Source: Eledone cirrhosa (taxonomy: Eukaryota). Taken from it: 64,000 nt of DNA. The DNA lies in NCBI GenBank assembly GCA_964016885.1, contig OZ024751.1, forward strand, positions 868,001 to 932,000, given 5' to 3'. Positions 1 to 15,400 of this stretch are shown one piece after another. How positions within the stretch are numbered: the first letter of the stretch is position 1; each line of letters opens with the position of its first letter. The position numbers were made by a program, and so were the translations under genes. The notes under the pieces were generated by a model, which was not told where the DNA came from, made no database searches, and saw nothing but the letters and a program-made list of their open reading frames with translations.

Positions 1-3000
1 ATAATATTGGTATATTAGTGTTGTTTTAATAATATTGGTATATTAGTGTTGGTATATTAATGTTCGTATATTAATGTTGGTATATTAATGTTGGTATATA
101 AGTGTTGGTATATTGTTGTTGGTATATTAGTGTTCTTTCAATAATATTGGTATATTAATGTTGGTATATTAGTGTTGGTATATTAATGTTGGTATATTAA
201 TGTTGGTGTATTAGTGTTGGTATAATAGTGTTGGTATATTAATGTTGGTATATTAGTGTTATTTTAATTATATTGGTATATTAATGTTGGTATATTAGTG
301 TTGGCATATTAATGTTTGTATATTAATGTTGGTATGTTAGTGTTGGTATATTAATGTTGATATATTAATGCTGGTATATTAGTGTTGGTATATTAATGTT
401 GGTATATTAATGTCGGTATATTAGTGTTGGTATATTAATGTTGGTATATTAGTGTTCGTATATTAATGCTGGTATATTAGTGTTGGTATATTAATGTTGG
501 TATATTAATGTTGGTATGTTAGTGTTGGTATATTAATGTTGGTATATTAATGCTGGTATATTAGTGTTGGTATATTAGTGTCTGTATATTAGTGTTGGTA
601 TATTACTATTGGTATATTAATGTTGGTATATTAGTGTTGGTATATTAATGTTGTTTTAATAATATTGGTATATTAATGTTGGTATATTAGTGTTGGTATA
701 TTAATGTTTGTATATTAGTGTTGTTTAAATAATATTGGTGTATTGATTTTGGTATATTAATGTTGCTATATTAGTGTTGCTATATTATTGTTGGTATATT
801 GATGTTGATATATTAGTACTTTTTAAATAATATTGATATATTGATGTTGGTATATTAACGTTGGTATATTACTGTTGGTATATTAATGTTGATATATTAA
901 TTTAGCTATATTAATGTTGGAATATTGTTGGTATATTAATATTGGTATATTAGTGTTGGTATATTAGTGTTGGTATATTAGTGAGGGTAAATTAGTGAGG
1001 GTATATTAATGTTGGTATATTAATGATTGTATATTAGTGTTGGTATATTATTGGTATATTAATGTTGGTATATTAGTGTTGGTATATTAGTGTTGGTATA
1101 TTAGTGTTGGTATATTAGTGTTGGTAAATTAATGTTGGTATATTAATGTTATGTATATTAGTGTTGGTATATTATTGTTGGTATATTAGTGTTGGTATAT
1201 TAATGTTGGTATACTAGTGTTGGTATATTGTTGGTATATTAATGTTGGTATATTAATGTTGGTATATTAATGTTATGTATATTAGTGTCGGTATATTATT
1301 GTTGGTATATTAGTGTTGTTATATTAATGTTGGTATATTAGTGTTGGTATATTAATGTTGCTATATTAGTGTTGGTATATTAATGTTGGTATATTAGTGT
1401 TGGTATATTAATGTTGGTATATTAGTGTTGTTATATTAGTGTTGGTAAAGTAATGTTGGTATATTAGTGTTAGTATATTAATGCTGGTATATTAGTGTTG
1501 GTATATTAATGTTGGTTTATTAATGTTGGTATATTAATGTTGGTATATTAATGTTGGTATATTATTGTTTGTATATTAATGTTTGTATATTAGTATTGGT
1601 ATATTAATGTTGGTATATTAGTGTTGGTATATTAGTTTTGCTATATTAATGTTGGTATATTAATGTTGGTTTATTAGCGTTGTTTTAATAATTATTGGTA
1701 TATTAATGTTGCTATATTAGTGTTTGTATATTAATGTTGGTATATTTAAATTGCTAAAGTAGTGTTGTTATATTAGTGTTGGTATAGTAATGTTGGTATA
1801 TTAGTGTTGGTATATTAATGCTGGTATATTAGTGTTGGTACATTAATGTTGGTATATTAATGTTGGTATATTAGTGTTGGTATAATAGTGTTGATATATT
1901 AATGTCGGTATATTAGTGTTGTTTTAATAATATTGGCATATTAATGTTCGTATATTAGTGTTGTTTTAATAATATTGGTATATTAGTGTTGGTATATTAA
2001 TGTTGGTATATTAATGTTGGTATATTAGTGTTGGTATATTACTGTTTGTATATTAGTGTTGTTTTAATAATATTGGTGTATTGATTTTGGTATATTAATG
2101 TTGCTATATTAGTGTTGCTATATTATTGTTGGTATATTAATGTTGGTATATTTATGTTGATATATCAATGTTGGTATATTAATGTTGGTATATGTATGGT
2201 ATGTTAGTGGTGGTATATTAGTGTTGGTATATTAATGTTGGTATATTAATGTTGGTATATTAGTGTTGGTATATTGTTGGTATATTAGTGTTGGTATATT
2301 AGTATTGGTATATTAATGTTGGTATATTAGTGTTGTTTTAATAATATTGGTATATTAATGTTGGTATATTAGTGTTGGTATATTAGTGTTGGTATATTAA
2401 TGTTAGTATATTAATGTTGGTATATTAGTGTTGGTATATTGTTGGTACTTTAGTGTTGGTATATTAGTTTTGGTATATTAATTTCGGTATATTAGTGTTG
2501 TTTTAATAATATTGGTATATTAATATTGGTATATTAGTGTTGTTTTAATAATATTGGCATATTAATGTTGTGATATTAGTGTTGGTATATTAGTGTTGTT
2601 TTAATAATATTGGTATATTAATGTTGGTATATTAGTGTTGGTATATTAATGTTGGCTTATTAATGTTGGTATATTAGTGTTGATATATTAGTATTGATAT
2701 ATTGTTGGTATATTAATGTTGGTATATTAGTATTGGTATATTAATGTTGGTATATTGGTGTTGGTATATTAGTGTTGGTATATTAAAGTTGGTATATTAG
2801 TGTTGTTTTAATAATATTGGTATATTAATGTTGGTTTATTAGTGTTGGTACATTAATGTTGGTATATTAATGTTGGTATATTAGTGTTGGTATAATTGTG
2901 TTGATATATTAATGTCTGTATATTAGTGTTGTTTTAATAATATTGGTATATATTAATGTTGGTATATTAGTGTTGTTTTAATAATATTGGTATATTAGTG

Positions 3001-6000
3001 TTGGTATATTAATGTTGGTATATTAATGTTGGTATATTAGTGTTGGTATATTAGTTTTGCTATATTAGTGTTGGTATATTTATGTTGTTATATTAGTGTT
3101 GGTATATTAGTGTTGGTATATTGATGTTGGTATATTAGTGTTGGTATATTAGTGTTGGTATAGTAATGTTTGTATATTAGTGTTGGTATATTACTGTTTG
3201 TATATTAGTGTTGTTTTAATAATACTGGTGTATTGATTTTGGTATATTAATGTTGCTATATTAGTGTTGCTATATTATTGTTGGTATATTAATGTTGATA
3301 TATCAATATTGGTATATTAATGTTGGTATATGTATGGTATATTAGTGTTGGTATATTAATGTTGGTATATTAATGTTGTTATATTAGTGTTGGTATATTG
3401 TTGGTATATTAATGTTGGTATATTAGTATTGGTATATTAGTGTTGGTATATTAGTGTTGGTATATTAATGTTGGTATATTAGTGTTGTTTTAATAATATT
3501 GGTATATTAATGTTGGTATATTAGTGTTGGTAAATTAGTGTTGGTATATTAACGTTGGTATATTAATGTTGGTATATTAGTGGTGGTATAATAGTGTTGG
3601 TATATTAATGTCGGTATATTAGTGTTGTTTTAATAATATTGGTATATTAATGTTGGTATGTTAGTGTTGTTTTAATAATATTGGTCTATTAATGTTGGTA
3701 TATTAGTGTTGGTATATTAGTGTTGTTTTAATAATATTGGTATATTAATGTTGGTATATTAATGTTTGTATATTAGTGTTGTTTAAATAATATTGGTGTA
3801 TTGATTTTGGTATATTAATGTTGCTATATTAGTGTTGCTATATTAATGTTGGTATATTAATGTTGGTATATTAATGTTGATATATTAATGTTGATATATT
3901 AATGTTGGTATATGTTTGCTATGTTAGTGGTGGTATCAAAGTGTTGGTATATTAATGTTGGTATATTCATGTTGTTATATTAATGTTGGTATATTAATGT
4001 TGGTATATTAGTGTTGTTTTAACAATATTGGTATATTAGTGTTGGTATATTAATGTTGGTATATTAATGTTGTTATGTTAGTGTTGGTATATTAGTGTTG
4101 GTATATTGATGTTGGTATATTAGTATTTTTTGAATAATATTGATATATTGCTGTTGGTATATTAACGTTGGTATATTAATTTAGCTATATTAATGTTGGA
4201 ATATTGTTGGTATATTAATGTTGGTATATTAGTGTTGGTATATTAGTGTTGGTATATTAGTGAGGGTATATTAGTGAGGGTATATTAATGTTGGTATATT
4301 AATGTTGGTATATTATTGGTATATTAATGTTGATATATTAGTGTTGGTATATTAGTGAGGGTATATTAGTGAGGGTATATTAATGTTGGTATATTAATGT
4401 TGGTATATTATTGGTATATTAATGTTGGTATATTAGTGTTGGTATATTAGTGAGGGTATATTAGTGAGGGTATATTAATGTTGGTATATTAGTGTTGGTA
4501 TATTATTGGTATATTAATGTTGATATATTAGTGTTGGTATATTACTGTTGGTATATTAGTGTTGGTATATTAGTTTTTGTATATTAATGTTGGTATATTA
4601 ATGTTATGTATATTAGTGTTGGTATATTATTGTTGGTATATTAGCGTTGGTATATTAATGTTGGTATATCAGTGTTGGTATATTAATGTTGGTATACTAG
4701 TGTTGGTATATTGTTTGTATATTAATGTTGGTATATTAATGTTGGTATATTAATGTTGGTATATTAATGTTATGTATATTAGTGTTGGTATATTATTGTT
4801 GGTATATTAATTTTGGTATATTAATGTTGGTATATTAGAGTTGGTATATTAATTTTGCTATATTAGTGTTGGTATATTAATGTTGGTATATTAGTGTTGT
4901 TATATTAGTGTTGGTATAGTAATGTTGGTATATTAGTGTTGGTATATTAATGCTGGTATATTAGTGTTGCTACATTAATGTTGGTATATTAATGTTGGTA
5001 TATTAGTCTTGGTATATTAGTGTTTGTATATTAGTGTCGGTATATTAATATTGGTATATTAATGTTGGTATATTAGTGTTGGTATATTAGTGTCGTTTTA
5101 ATAATATTGGTATATTAATGTTGGTATATTAGTGTTGGTATATTATTATTGGCATATTACTGTTGGTATATTAGTGTTGGTATCTTAGTGTTGGTATATT
5201 AATGTTGGTATATTAATGTTGGTATATTAGTGTTGATATATTGTTGGTATATTAATTTTGGTATCTTAGTGTTGGTATATTAATGTTGGTATATTAATGT
5301 TGGTATATTAGTGTTGATATATTGTTGGTATATTAATTTTGGTATATTAGTATTGGTATATTAATGTTGGTATATTAATGTTGGTATATTAGTGTTGGTA
5401 TATTATTATTGCTATATTAGTGTTGGTATATTAATGTTGGTATATTAGTGTTGGTATATTAATGTTGGTATATTAGTGTTGTTATATTAGTGTTGGTATA
5501 GTAATGTTGGTATATTAGTGTTGGTATATTAATGCTGGTATATTAGTGTTGGTATATTAATGTTGGTATATTAATGTTGGTATATTAGTGTTTGTATATT
5601 AGTGTCGGTATATTAATATTGGTATATTAATGTTGGTATATTAGTGTTGGTATATTAGTGTCGTTTTAATAATATTGGTATATTAATGTTGGTATATTAG
5701 TTGTTGGTATATTAATGTTGGCATATCACTGTTGGTATATTAGTGTTGGTATCTTAGTGTTGGTATATTAATGTTGGTATATTAATGTTGGTATATTAGT
5801 GTTGATATATTGTTGGTATATTAATAGTGGTATATTAGTATTGGTATATTAATCTTGGTATATTAGTGTTGGTATATTACCGTTGGTATATTAGTGTTGG
5901 TATATTAAAGTTGGTATATTAGTGTTGTTTTAATAATATTGGTATATTAATGTTGGTATATTAATGTTGGTATATTAGTGTTGGTATAATAGTGTTGGTA

Positions 6001-9000
6001 TATTAGTGTTGGTATATTGATGTTGCTATATTAGCGTTGGTATATTAGTGTTGGTATATTGATGTTGGTATATTAGTGTTGGTATATTAGTGTTGGTATA
6101 GTAATGTTGGTATATAAGTGTTGGTATATTAGTGTTTTAATAATATTGGTATATTAGTGTTGGTATATTAATGTTGGTATATTAATGTTGTTATATTAGT
6201 GTTGGTATATTAGTGTTGGTATATTGATGTTGGTATATTAGTATTTTTTGAATAATATTGATATATTGATGTTGGTATATTAACGTTGGTATATTACTGT
6301 TGGTATATTAATGTTGATATATTAATTTAGATATATTAATGTTGGAATATTGTTGGTATATTAATGTTGGTATATTAGTGTTGGTATATTAGTGTTGGTA
6401 TATTAGTGAGGGTATATTAGTGAGGGTATATTAATGTTGGTATATTAATGTTGGTATATTAGTGTTGGTATATTATTGGTATATTAATGTTGATATATTA
6501 GTGTTGGTATATTACTGTTGGTATATTAGTGTTGGTATATTAGTTTTTGTATATTAATGTTGATATATAAATGTTATGTATATTAGTGTTGGTATATTAT
6601 TGTTGGTATATCAGTGTTGGTATATTAATGTTGGTATACTAGTGTTGGTATATTGTTGGTATATTAATGTTGGTATATTAATGTTGGTATATTAATGTTG
6701 GTATATTAATGTTATGTATATTAGTGTTGGTATATTATTGTTGGTATATTAGTGTTGGTATATTAATGTTGGTATATTAGAGTTGGTATATTAATTTTGC
6801 TATATTAGTGTTGGTATATTAATGTTGGTATATTAGTGTTGTTATATTAGTGTTGGTATAGTAATGTTGGTATATTAGTGTTGGTATATTAATGCTGGTA
6901 TATTAGTGTTGCTATATTAATGTTGGTATATTAATGTTGGTATATTAGTCTTGGTATATTAGTGTTTGTGTATTAGTGTCGGTATATTAATATTGGTATA
7001 TTAATGTTGGTATATTAGTGTTGGTATATTAGTGTCGTTTTAATAATATTGGTATATTAATGTTGGTATATTAGTGTTGGTATATTAGTTTTGCTATATT
7101 AATGTTGGTATATTAATGTTGGTTTATTAGCGTTGTTTTAATAATTATTGGTATATTAATGTTGCTATATTAGTGCTTGTATATTAATGTTGGTATATTT
7201 AAATTGCTATATTAGTGTTGGTATATTAGTGTTGATATATTAATGTTGCTATATTAGTGTTGGTATATTAATGTTGCTATATTAGTGTTGCTATATTATT
7301 GTTGGTATATTAATGTTGGTATATTAATGTTGATATATCAATGTTGGTATATTAATGTTGGTATATGTATGGTATGTTAGTGGTGGTATATTAGTGTTGG
7401 TATATTAATGTTGGTATATTAATGTTGGTATATTAGTGTTGGTATATTGTTGGTATATTAGTGTTGGTATATTAGTATTGGTATATTAATGTTGGTATAT
7501 TAGTGTTGTTTTAATAATATTGGTATATTAATGTTGGTATATTAGTGTTGCTATATTAGTGTTGGTATATTAATGTTAGTATATTAATGTTGGTATATTA
7601 GTGTTGGTATATTGTTGGTATATTAGTGTTGGTATATTAGTTTTGGTATATTAATTTCGGTATATTAGTGTTGTTTTAATAATATTGGCATATTAATGTT
7701 GGTATATTAGTGTTGGTATATTAGTGTTGTTTTAATAATATTGGTATATTAATGTTGGTATATTAGTGTTGCTATATTATTGTTGGTATATTAATGTTGG
7801 TATATTAATGTTGATATATCAATATTGGTATATTAATGTTGGTATATGTATGGTATATTAGTGTTGGTATATTACTGTTTGTATATTAGTGTTGTTTAAA
7901 TAATATTGGTGTATTGATTTTGGTATATTAATGTTGCTATATTAGTGTTGCTATATTATTGTTGGTATATTAATATTGGTATATTAATGTTGGTATATTA
8001 GTGTTGGTATATTAGTGTTGTTTTAATAATATTGGTATATTAATGTTGGTATATTAGTGTTGGTATATTAATGTTGGCTTATTAATGTTGGTATATTAGT
8101 GTTGATATATTAGTGTTGATATATTGTTGGTATATTAATGTTGGTATATTAGTATTGGTATAATAATGTTGGTATATTGGTGTTGGTATATTAGTGTTGG
8201 TATATTAAAGTTGGTATATTAGTGTTGTTTTAATAATATTTTTATATTAATGTTGGTATATTAGTGTTGGTACATTAATGTTGGTATATTAATGTTGGTA
8301 TATTAGTGTTGGTATAATAGTGTTGATATATTAATGTCTGTATATTAGTGTTGTTTTAATAATATTGGTATATATTAATGTTGGTATATTAGTGTTGTTT
8401 TAATAATATTGGTATATTAGTGTTGGTATATTAATGTTGGTATATTAATGTTGGTATATTAGTGTTGGTATATTAGTTTTGCTATATTAGTGTTGGTATA
8501 TTTATGTTGTTATATTAGTGTTGGTATATTAGTGTTGGTATATTGATGTTGGTATATTAGTGTTGGTATATTAGTGTTGGTATAGTAATGTTTGTATATT
8601 AGTGTTGGTATATTACTGTTTGTATATTAGTGTTGTTTTAATAATATTGGTGTATTGATTTTGGTGTATTAATGTTGCTATATTAGTGTTGCTATATTAT
8701 TGTTGGTATATTAATGTTGGTATATTAATGTTGATATATCAATATTGGTATATTAATGTTGGTATATGTATGGTATATTAGTGTTGGTATATTAATGTTG
8801 ATATATTAATGTTGCTATATTAGTGTTGGTATATTGTTGGTATATTAATGTTGGTATATTAGTATTGGTATATTAGTGTTGGTATATTAGTGTTGGTATA
8901 TTAATGTTGGTATATTAGTGTTGTTTTAATAATATTGGTATATTAATGTTGGTATATTAGTGTTGGTAAATTAGTGTTGGTATATTAACGTTGGTATATT

Positions 9001-12000
9001 AATGTTGGTATATTAGTGGTGGTATAATAGTGTTGGTATATTAATGTCGGTATATTAGTGTTGTTTTAATAATATTGGTATATTAATGTTGGTATATTAG
9101 TGTTGTTTTAATAATATTGGTCTATTAATGTTGGTATATTAGTGTTGGTATATTAGTGTTGTTTTAATAATATTGGTATATTAATGTTGGTATATTAGTG
9201 TTGGTATATTAATGTTTGTATATTAGTGTTGTTTAAATAATATTGGTGTATTGATTTTGGTATATTAATGTTGCTATATTAGTGTTGCTATATCAATGTT
9301 GGTATATTAATGTTGGTATATTAATGTTGATATATTAATGTTGGTGTATTAATGTTGGTATATGTTTGCTATGTTAGTGGTGGTATATTAGTGTTGGTAT
9401 CAAAGTGTTGGTATATTAATGTCGTTATATTAGTGTTGTTTTAATAATATTGGTATATTAATGTTGGTATATTAGTGTTGTTTTAATAATATTGGTATAT
9501 TAGTGTTGGTATATTAATGTTGGTATATTAATGTTGTTATATTAGTGTTGGTATATTAGTGTTGGTATATTGATGTTGCTATATTAGTATTTTTTGAATA
9601 ATATTGATCTATTGATGTTGGTATATTAACGTTGGTATATTACTGTTGGTATATTAATGTTGATATATTAATTTAGCTATATTAATGTTGGAATATTGTT
9701 GGTATATTAATGTTGGTATATTAGTGTTGGTATATTAGTGTTGGTATATTAGTGAGGGTATATTAATGTTGGTATATTAATGTTGGTATATTAGTGTTGC
9801 TATATTAGTGTTGGTATATTATTGGTATATTAATGTTGATATATTAGTGTTGGTATATTACTGTTGGTATATTAGTGTTGGTATATTAGTTTTTGTATAT
9901 TAATGTTGGTATATTAATGTTATGTATATTAGTGTTGGTATATTATTGTTGGTATATTAGCGTTGGTATATTAATGTTGGTATATCAGTGTTGGTATATT
10001 AATGTTGGTATACTAGTGTTGGTATATTGTTGGTATATTAATGTTGGTATATTAATGTTGGTATATTAATGTTGGTATATTAATGTTATGTATATTAGTG
10101 TTGGTATATTATTGTTGGTATATTAGTGTTGGTATATTAATGTTGGTATATTAGAGTTGGTATATTAATTTTGCTATATTAGTGTTGGTATATTAATGTT
10201 GGTATATTAGTGTTGTTATATTAGTGTTGGTATAGTAATGTTGGTATATTAGTGTTGGTATATTAATGCTGGTATATTAGTGTTGCTATATTTATGTTGG
10301 TATATTAATGTTGGTATATTAGTCTTGGTATATTAGTGTTTGTATATTAGTGTCGGTATATTAATGTTGGTATATTAGTGTTGGTATATTAGTGTCGTTT
10401 TAATAATATTGGTATATTAATGTTGGTATATTAGTGTTGGTATATTATTGTTGGCATATTACTGTTGGTATATTAGTGTTGGTATCTTAGTGTTGGTATA
10501 TTAATGTTGGTATATTAATGTTGGTATATTAGTGTTGATATATTGTTGGTATATTAATTTTGGTATATTAGTATTGGTATATTAATGTTGGTATATTAAT
10601 GTTGGTATATTAGTGTTGGTATATTATTATTGCTATATTAGTGTTGGTATATTAATGTTGGTATATTAGTGTTGGTATATTAATGTTGGTATGTTAGTGT
10701 TGTTATATTAGTGTTGGTATAGTAATGTTGGTATATTAGTGTTGGTATATTAATGCTGGTATATTAGTGTTGGTATATTAATGTTGGTATATTAATGTTG
10801 GTATATTAGTGTTTGTATATTAGTGTCGGTATATTAATGTTGGTATATTAGTGTTGGTATATTAGTGTCGTTTTAATAATATTGGTATATTAATGTTGGT
10901 ATATTAGTTGTTGGTATATTAATGTTGGCATATCACTGTTGGTATATCAGTGTTGGTATCTTAGTGTTGGTATATTAATGTTGGTCTATTAGTGTTGATA
11001 TATTGTTGGTATATTAATAGTGGTATATTAGTATTGGTATACTAATCTTGGTATATTAGTGTTGGTATATTACCGTTGGTATATTAGTGTTGGTATATTA
11101 AAGTTGGTATATTAGTGTTGTTTTAATAATATTGGTATATTAATGTTGGTATATTAGTGTTGGTATATTAATGTTGGTATATTAATGTTGGTATATTAGT
11201 GTTGGTATAATAGTGTTGGTATATTAATGTTGGCATATTACTGTTGGTATATTAGTGTTGGTATCTTAGTGTTGGTATATTGTTGGTATATTAATGTTGG
11301 TATATTAGTGTTGGTATATTAGTGTTGATACATTGTTGGTATATTAATGTTGGTATATTAGTGTTGGTATATTAATGTTGGTATATTAATGTTGGTATAT
11401 TAGTGTTGATATATTGTTGGTATATTAATGTTGGTATATTAGTGTTGGTATATTAGTGTTGGTATATTGATGTTGCTATATTAGCGTTGGTAAATTAGTG
11501 TTGGTATATTAGTGTTGGTATAGTAATGTTGGTATATTAGTGTTGGTATATTACTGCTTGCATATTAGTGTAGTCTTAATAATATTGGTATATTAATGTT
11601 GGTATATTAGTGTTGTTTTAATAATATTGGTATATTAGTGTTGGTATATTAATGTTGGTATATTAATGTTGTTATATTAGTGTTGGTATATTAGTGTTGG
11701 TATATTGATGTTGGTATATTAGTATTTTTTGAATAATATTGATATATTGATGTTGGTATATTAACGTTGGTATATTACTGTTGGTATATTAATGTTGATA
11801 TATTAATTTAGCTATATTAATGTTGGAATATTGTTGGTATATTAATGTTGGTATATTGGTGTTGGTATATTAGTGTTGGTATATTATTGGTATATTAATG
11901 TTGAGATATTAGTGTTGGTATATTAATGTTGGTATATTAGTGAGGGTATATTAGTGAGGGTATATTAATGTTGGTATATTAATGTTGGTATATTAGTGTT

Positions 12001-12230
12001 GGTATATTATTGGTATATTAATGTTGAGATATTAGTGTTGGTATATTAATGTTGGTATATTAGTGTTGGTATATTATTGGTATATTAATGTTGATATATT
12101 AGTGTTAGTATATTACTGTTGGTATATTAGTGTTGGTATATTAGTTTTTGTATATTAATGTTGGTATATTAATGTTATGTATATTAGTGTTGGTATATTA
12201 TTGTTGGTATATTAGCGTTGGTATATTAAT

Positions 12231-12417
12231 TGTTTCTACTTTTGGCACAAGGCCAGCAATTATCCAGTACATTACTGGTACTTTATTTTATCGACCCCAT
12301 AAGGATGAAAGGCAAAGTTAACCTCGGCGGGATTTGAACTCAGAATGGCAAGGGCCGTAACTCTATGCGTCAAAGCATGGCGTCCAACCCTCTACCGATA
12401 CTGCCAATTCACCGCCC
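12231..12417 (-). mobile_element. tRNA-derived SINE inserted in the satellite (copy 1)
   Basis: Minus strand starts GGGCGGTGAAT, then Pol III box A-like TGGCAGTATCGG, box B-like GAGTTCAAATCC and central motif GCCTTTCATCCTTATGGGGTCGATAAAATAAAGTACCAG. Flanked by a 12-bp duplication TGGTATATTAAT (12219-12230 / 12418-12429). Confidence 0.92.
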
Positions 12418-15400
12418 TGGTATATTAATGTTGGTATATCAGTGTTGGTATATTAATGTTGGTATACTAGTGTTGGTATATTGTTGGTATATTAATGTTG
12501 GTATATTAGTGTTGGTATATTAATGTTGGTATATTAATGTTATGTATATTAGTGTTGGTATATTATTGTTGGTATATTAGTGTTGGTATATTAATATTGG
12601 TATATTAGAGTTGGTATATTAATTTTGCTATATTAGTGTTGGTATATTAATGTTGGTATATTAGTGTTGTTATATTAGTGTTGGTATAGTAATGTTGGTA
12701 TATTAGTGTTGGTATATTAATGCTGGTATATTAGTGTTGCTATATTAATGTTGGTATATTAATGTTGGTATATTAGTCTTGGTATATTAGTGTTTGTATA
12801 TTAGTGTCGGTATATTAATATTGGTATATTAATGTTGGTATATTAGTGTTGGTATATTAGTGTCGTTTTAATAATATTGGTATATTAATGTTGGTATATT
12901 AGTGTTGGTATATTATTGTTGGCATATTACTGTTGGTATATTAGTGTTGGTATCTTAGTGTTGGTTGTTGGTATATTAATGTTGGTATATTAATGTTGGT
13001 ATATTAGTGTTGATATATTGTTGGTATATTAATTTTGGTATATTAGTATTGGTATATTAATGTTGGTATATTAATGTTGGTATATTAGTGTTGGTATATT
13101 ATTATTGCTGTATTAGTGTTGGTATATTAATGTTGGTATATTAGTGTTGGTATATTAATGTTGGTATATTAGTGTTGTTATATTAGTGTTGGTATAGTAA
13201 TGTTGGTATATTAGTGTTGGTATATTAATGCCGGTATATTAGTGTTGGTATATTAATGTTGGTATATTAGTGTTTGTATATTAGTGTCGGTATATTAGTA
13301 TTGGTATATTAATGTTGGTATATTAGTGTTGGTATATTAGTGTCGTTTTAATAATATTGGTATATTAATGTTGGTATATTAGTTGTTGGTATATTAATGT
13401 TGGCATATCACTGTTGGTATATTAGTGTTGGTATCTTAGTGTTGGTATATTAATGTTGGTATATTAATGTTGGTATATTAGTGTTGATATATTGTTGGTA
13501 TATTAATAGTGGTATATTAGTATTGGTATATTAATCTTGGTATATTAGTGTTGGTATATTACCGTTGGTATATTAGTGTTGGTATATTAGTGTTGGTATA
13601 ATAGTGTTGGTATATTAATGTTGGCATATTACTGTTGGTATATTAGTGTTGGTATCTTAGTTTGGTATATTAATGTTGGTATATTAGTGTTGATATATTG
13701 TTGGTATATTAATGTTGGTATATTAGTGTTGGTATATTAGTGTTGGTATATTAGTGTTGGTATATTGATGTTGCTATATTAGCGTTGGTATATTAGTGTT
13801 GGTATAGTAATGTTGGTATATTAGTGTTGGTATATTACTGCTTGCATATTAGTGTAGTCTTAATAATATTGGTATATTAATGTTGGTATATTAGTGTTGT
13901 TTTAATAATATTGGTATATTAGTGTTGGTATATTAATGTTGGTATATTAATATTGTTATATTAGTGTTGGTATATTAGTGTTGGTATATTGATGTTGGTA
14001 TATTAGTATTTTTTGAATAATATTGATATATTGATGTTGGTATATTAACGTTGGTATATTACTGTTGGTATATTAATGTTGATATATTAATTTAGCTATA
14101 TTAATGTTGGAATATTGTTGGTATATTAAAGTTGGTATATTAGTGTTGTTTTAATAATATTGGTATATTAATGTTGGTTTATTAGTGTTGGTACATTAAT
14201 GTTGGTATATTAGTGAGGGTATATTAGTGAGGGTATATTAATGTTGGTATATTAATGTTGGTATATTAGTGTTGGTATATTATTGGTATATTAATGTTGA
14301 GATATTAGTGTTGGTATATTAATGTTGGTATATTAGTGTTGGTATATTATTGGTATATTAATGTTGATATATTAGTGTTAGTATATTACTGTTGGTATAT
14401 TAGTGTTGGTATATTAGTTTTTGTATATTAATGTTGGTATATTAATGTTATGTATATTAGTGTTGGTATATTATTGTTGGTATATTAGCGTTGGTATATT
14501 AATGTTGGTATATCAGTGTTGGTATATTAATGTTGGTATACTAGTGTTGGTATATTGTTGGTATATTAATGTTGGTATATTAGTGTTGGTATATTAATGT
14601 TGGTATATTAATGTTATGTATATTAGTGTTGGTATATTATTGTTGGTATATTAGTGTTGGTATATTAATATTGGTATATTAGAGTTGGTATATTAATTTT
14701 GCTATATTAGTGTTGGTATATTAATGTTGGTATATTAGTGTTGTTATATTAGTGTTGGTATAGTAATGTTGGTATATTAGTGTTGGTATATTAATGCTGG
14801 TATATTAGTGTTGCTATATTAATGTTGGTATATTAATGTTGGTATATTAGTCTTGGTATATTAGTGTTTGTATATTAGTGTCGGTATATTAATATTGGTA
14901 TATTAATGTTGGTATATTAGTGTTGGCATATTAGTGTCGTTTTAATAATATTGGTATATTAATGTTGGTATATTAGTGTTGGTATATTATTGTTGGCATA
15001 TTACTGTTGGTATATTAGTGTTGGTATCTTAGTGTTGGTATATTAATGTTGGTATATTAATGTTGGTATATTAGTGTTGATATATTGTTGGTATATTAAT
15101 TTTGGTATATTAGTATTGGTATATTAATGTTGGTATATTAATGTTGGTATATTAGTGTAGGTATATTATTATTGCTGTATTAGTGTTGGTATATTAATGT
15201 TGGTATATTAGTGTTGGTATATTAATGTTGGTATATTAGTGTTGTTATATTAGTGTTGGTATAGTAATGTTGGTATATTAGTGTTGGTATATTAATGCCG
15301 GTATATTAGTGTTGGTATATTAATGTTGGTATATTAATGTTGGTATATTAGTGTTTGTATATTAGTGTCGGTATATTAGTATTGGTATATTAATGTTGGT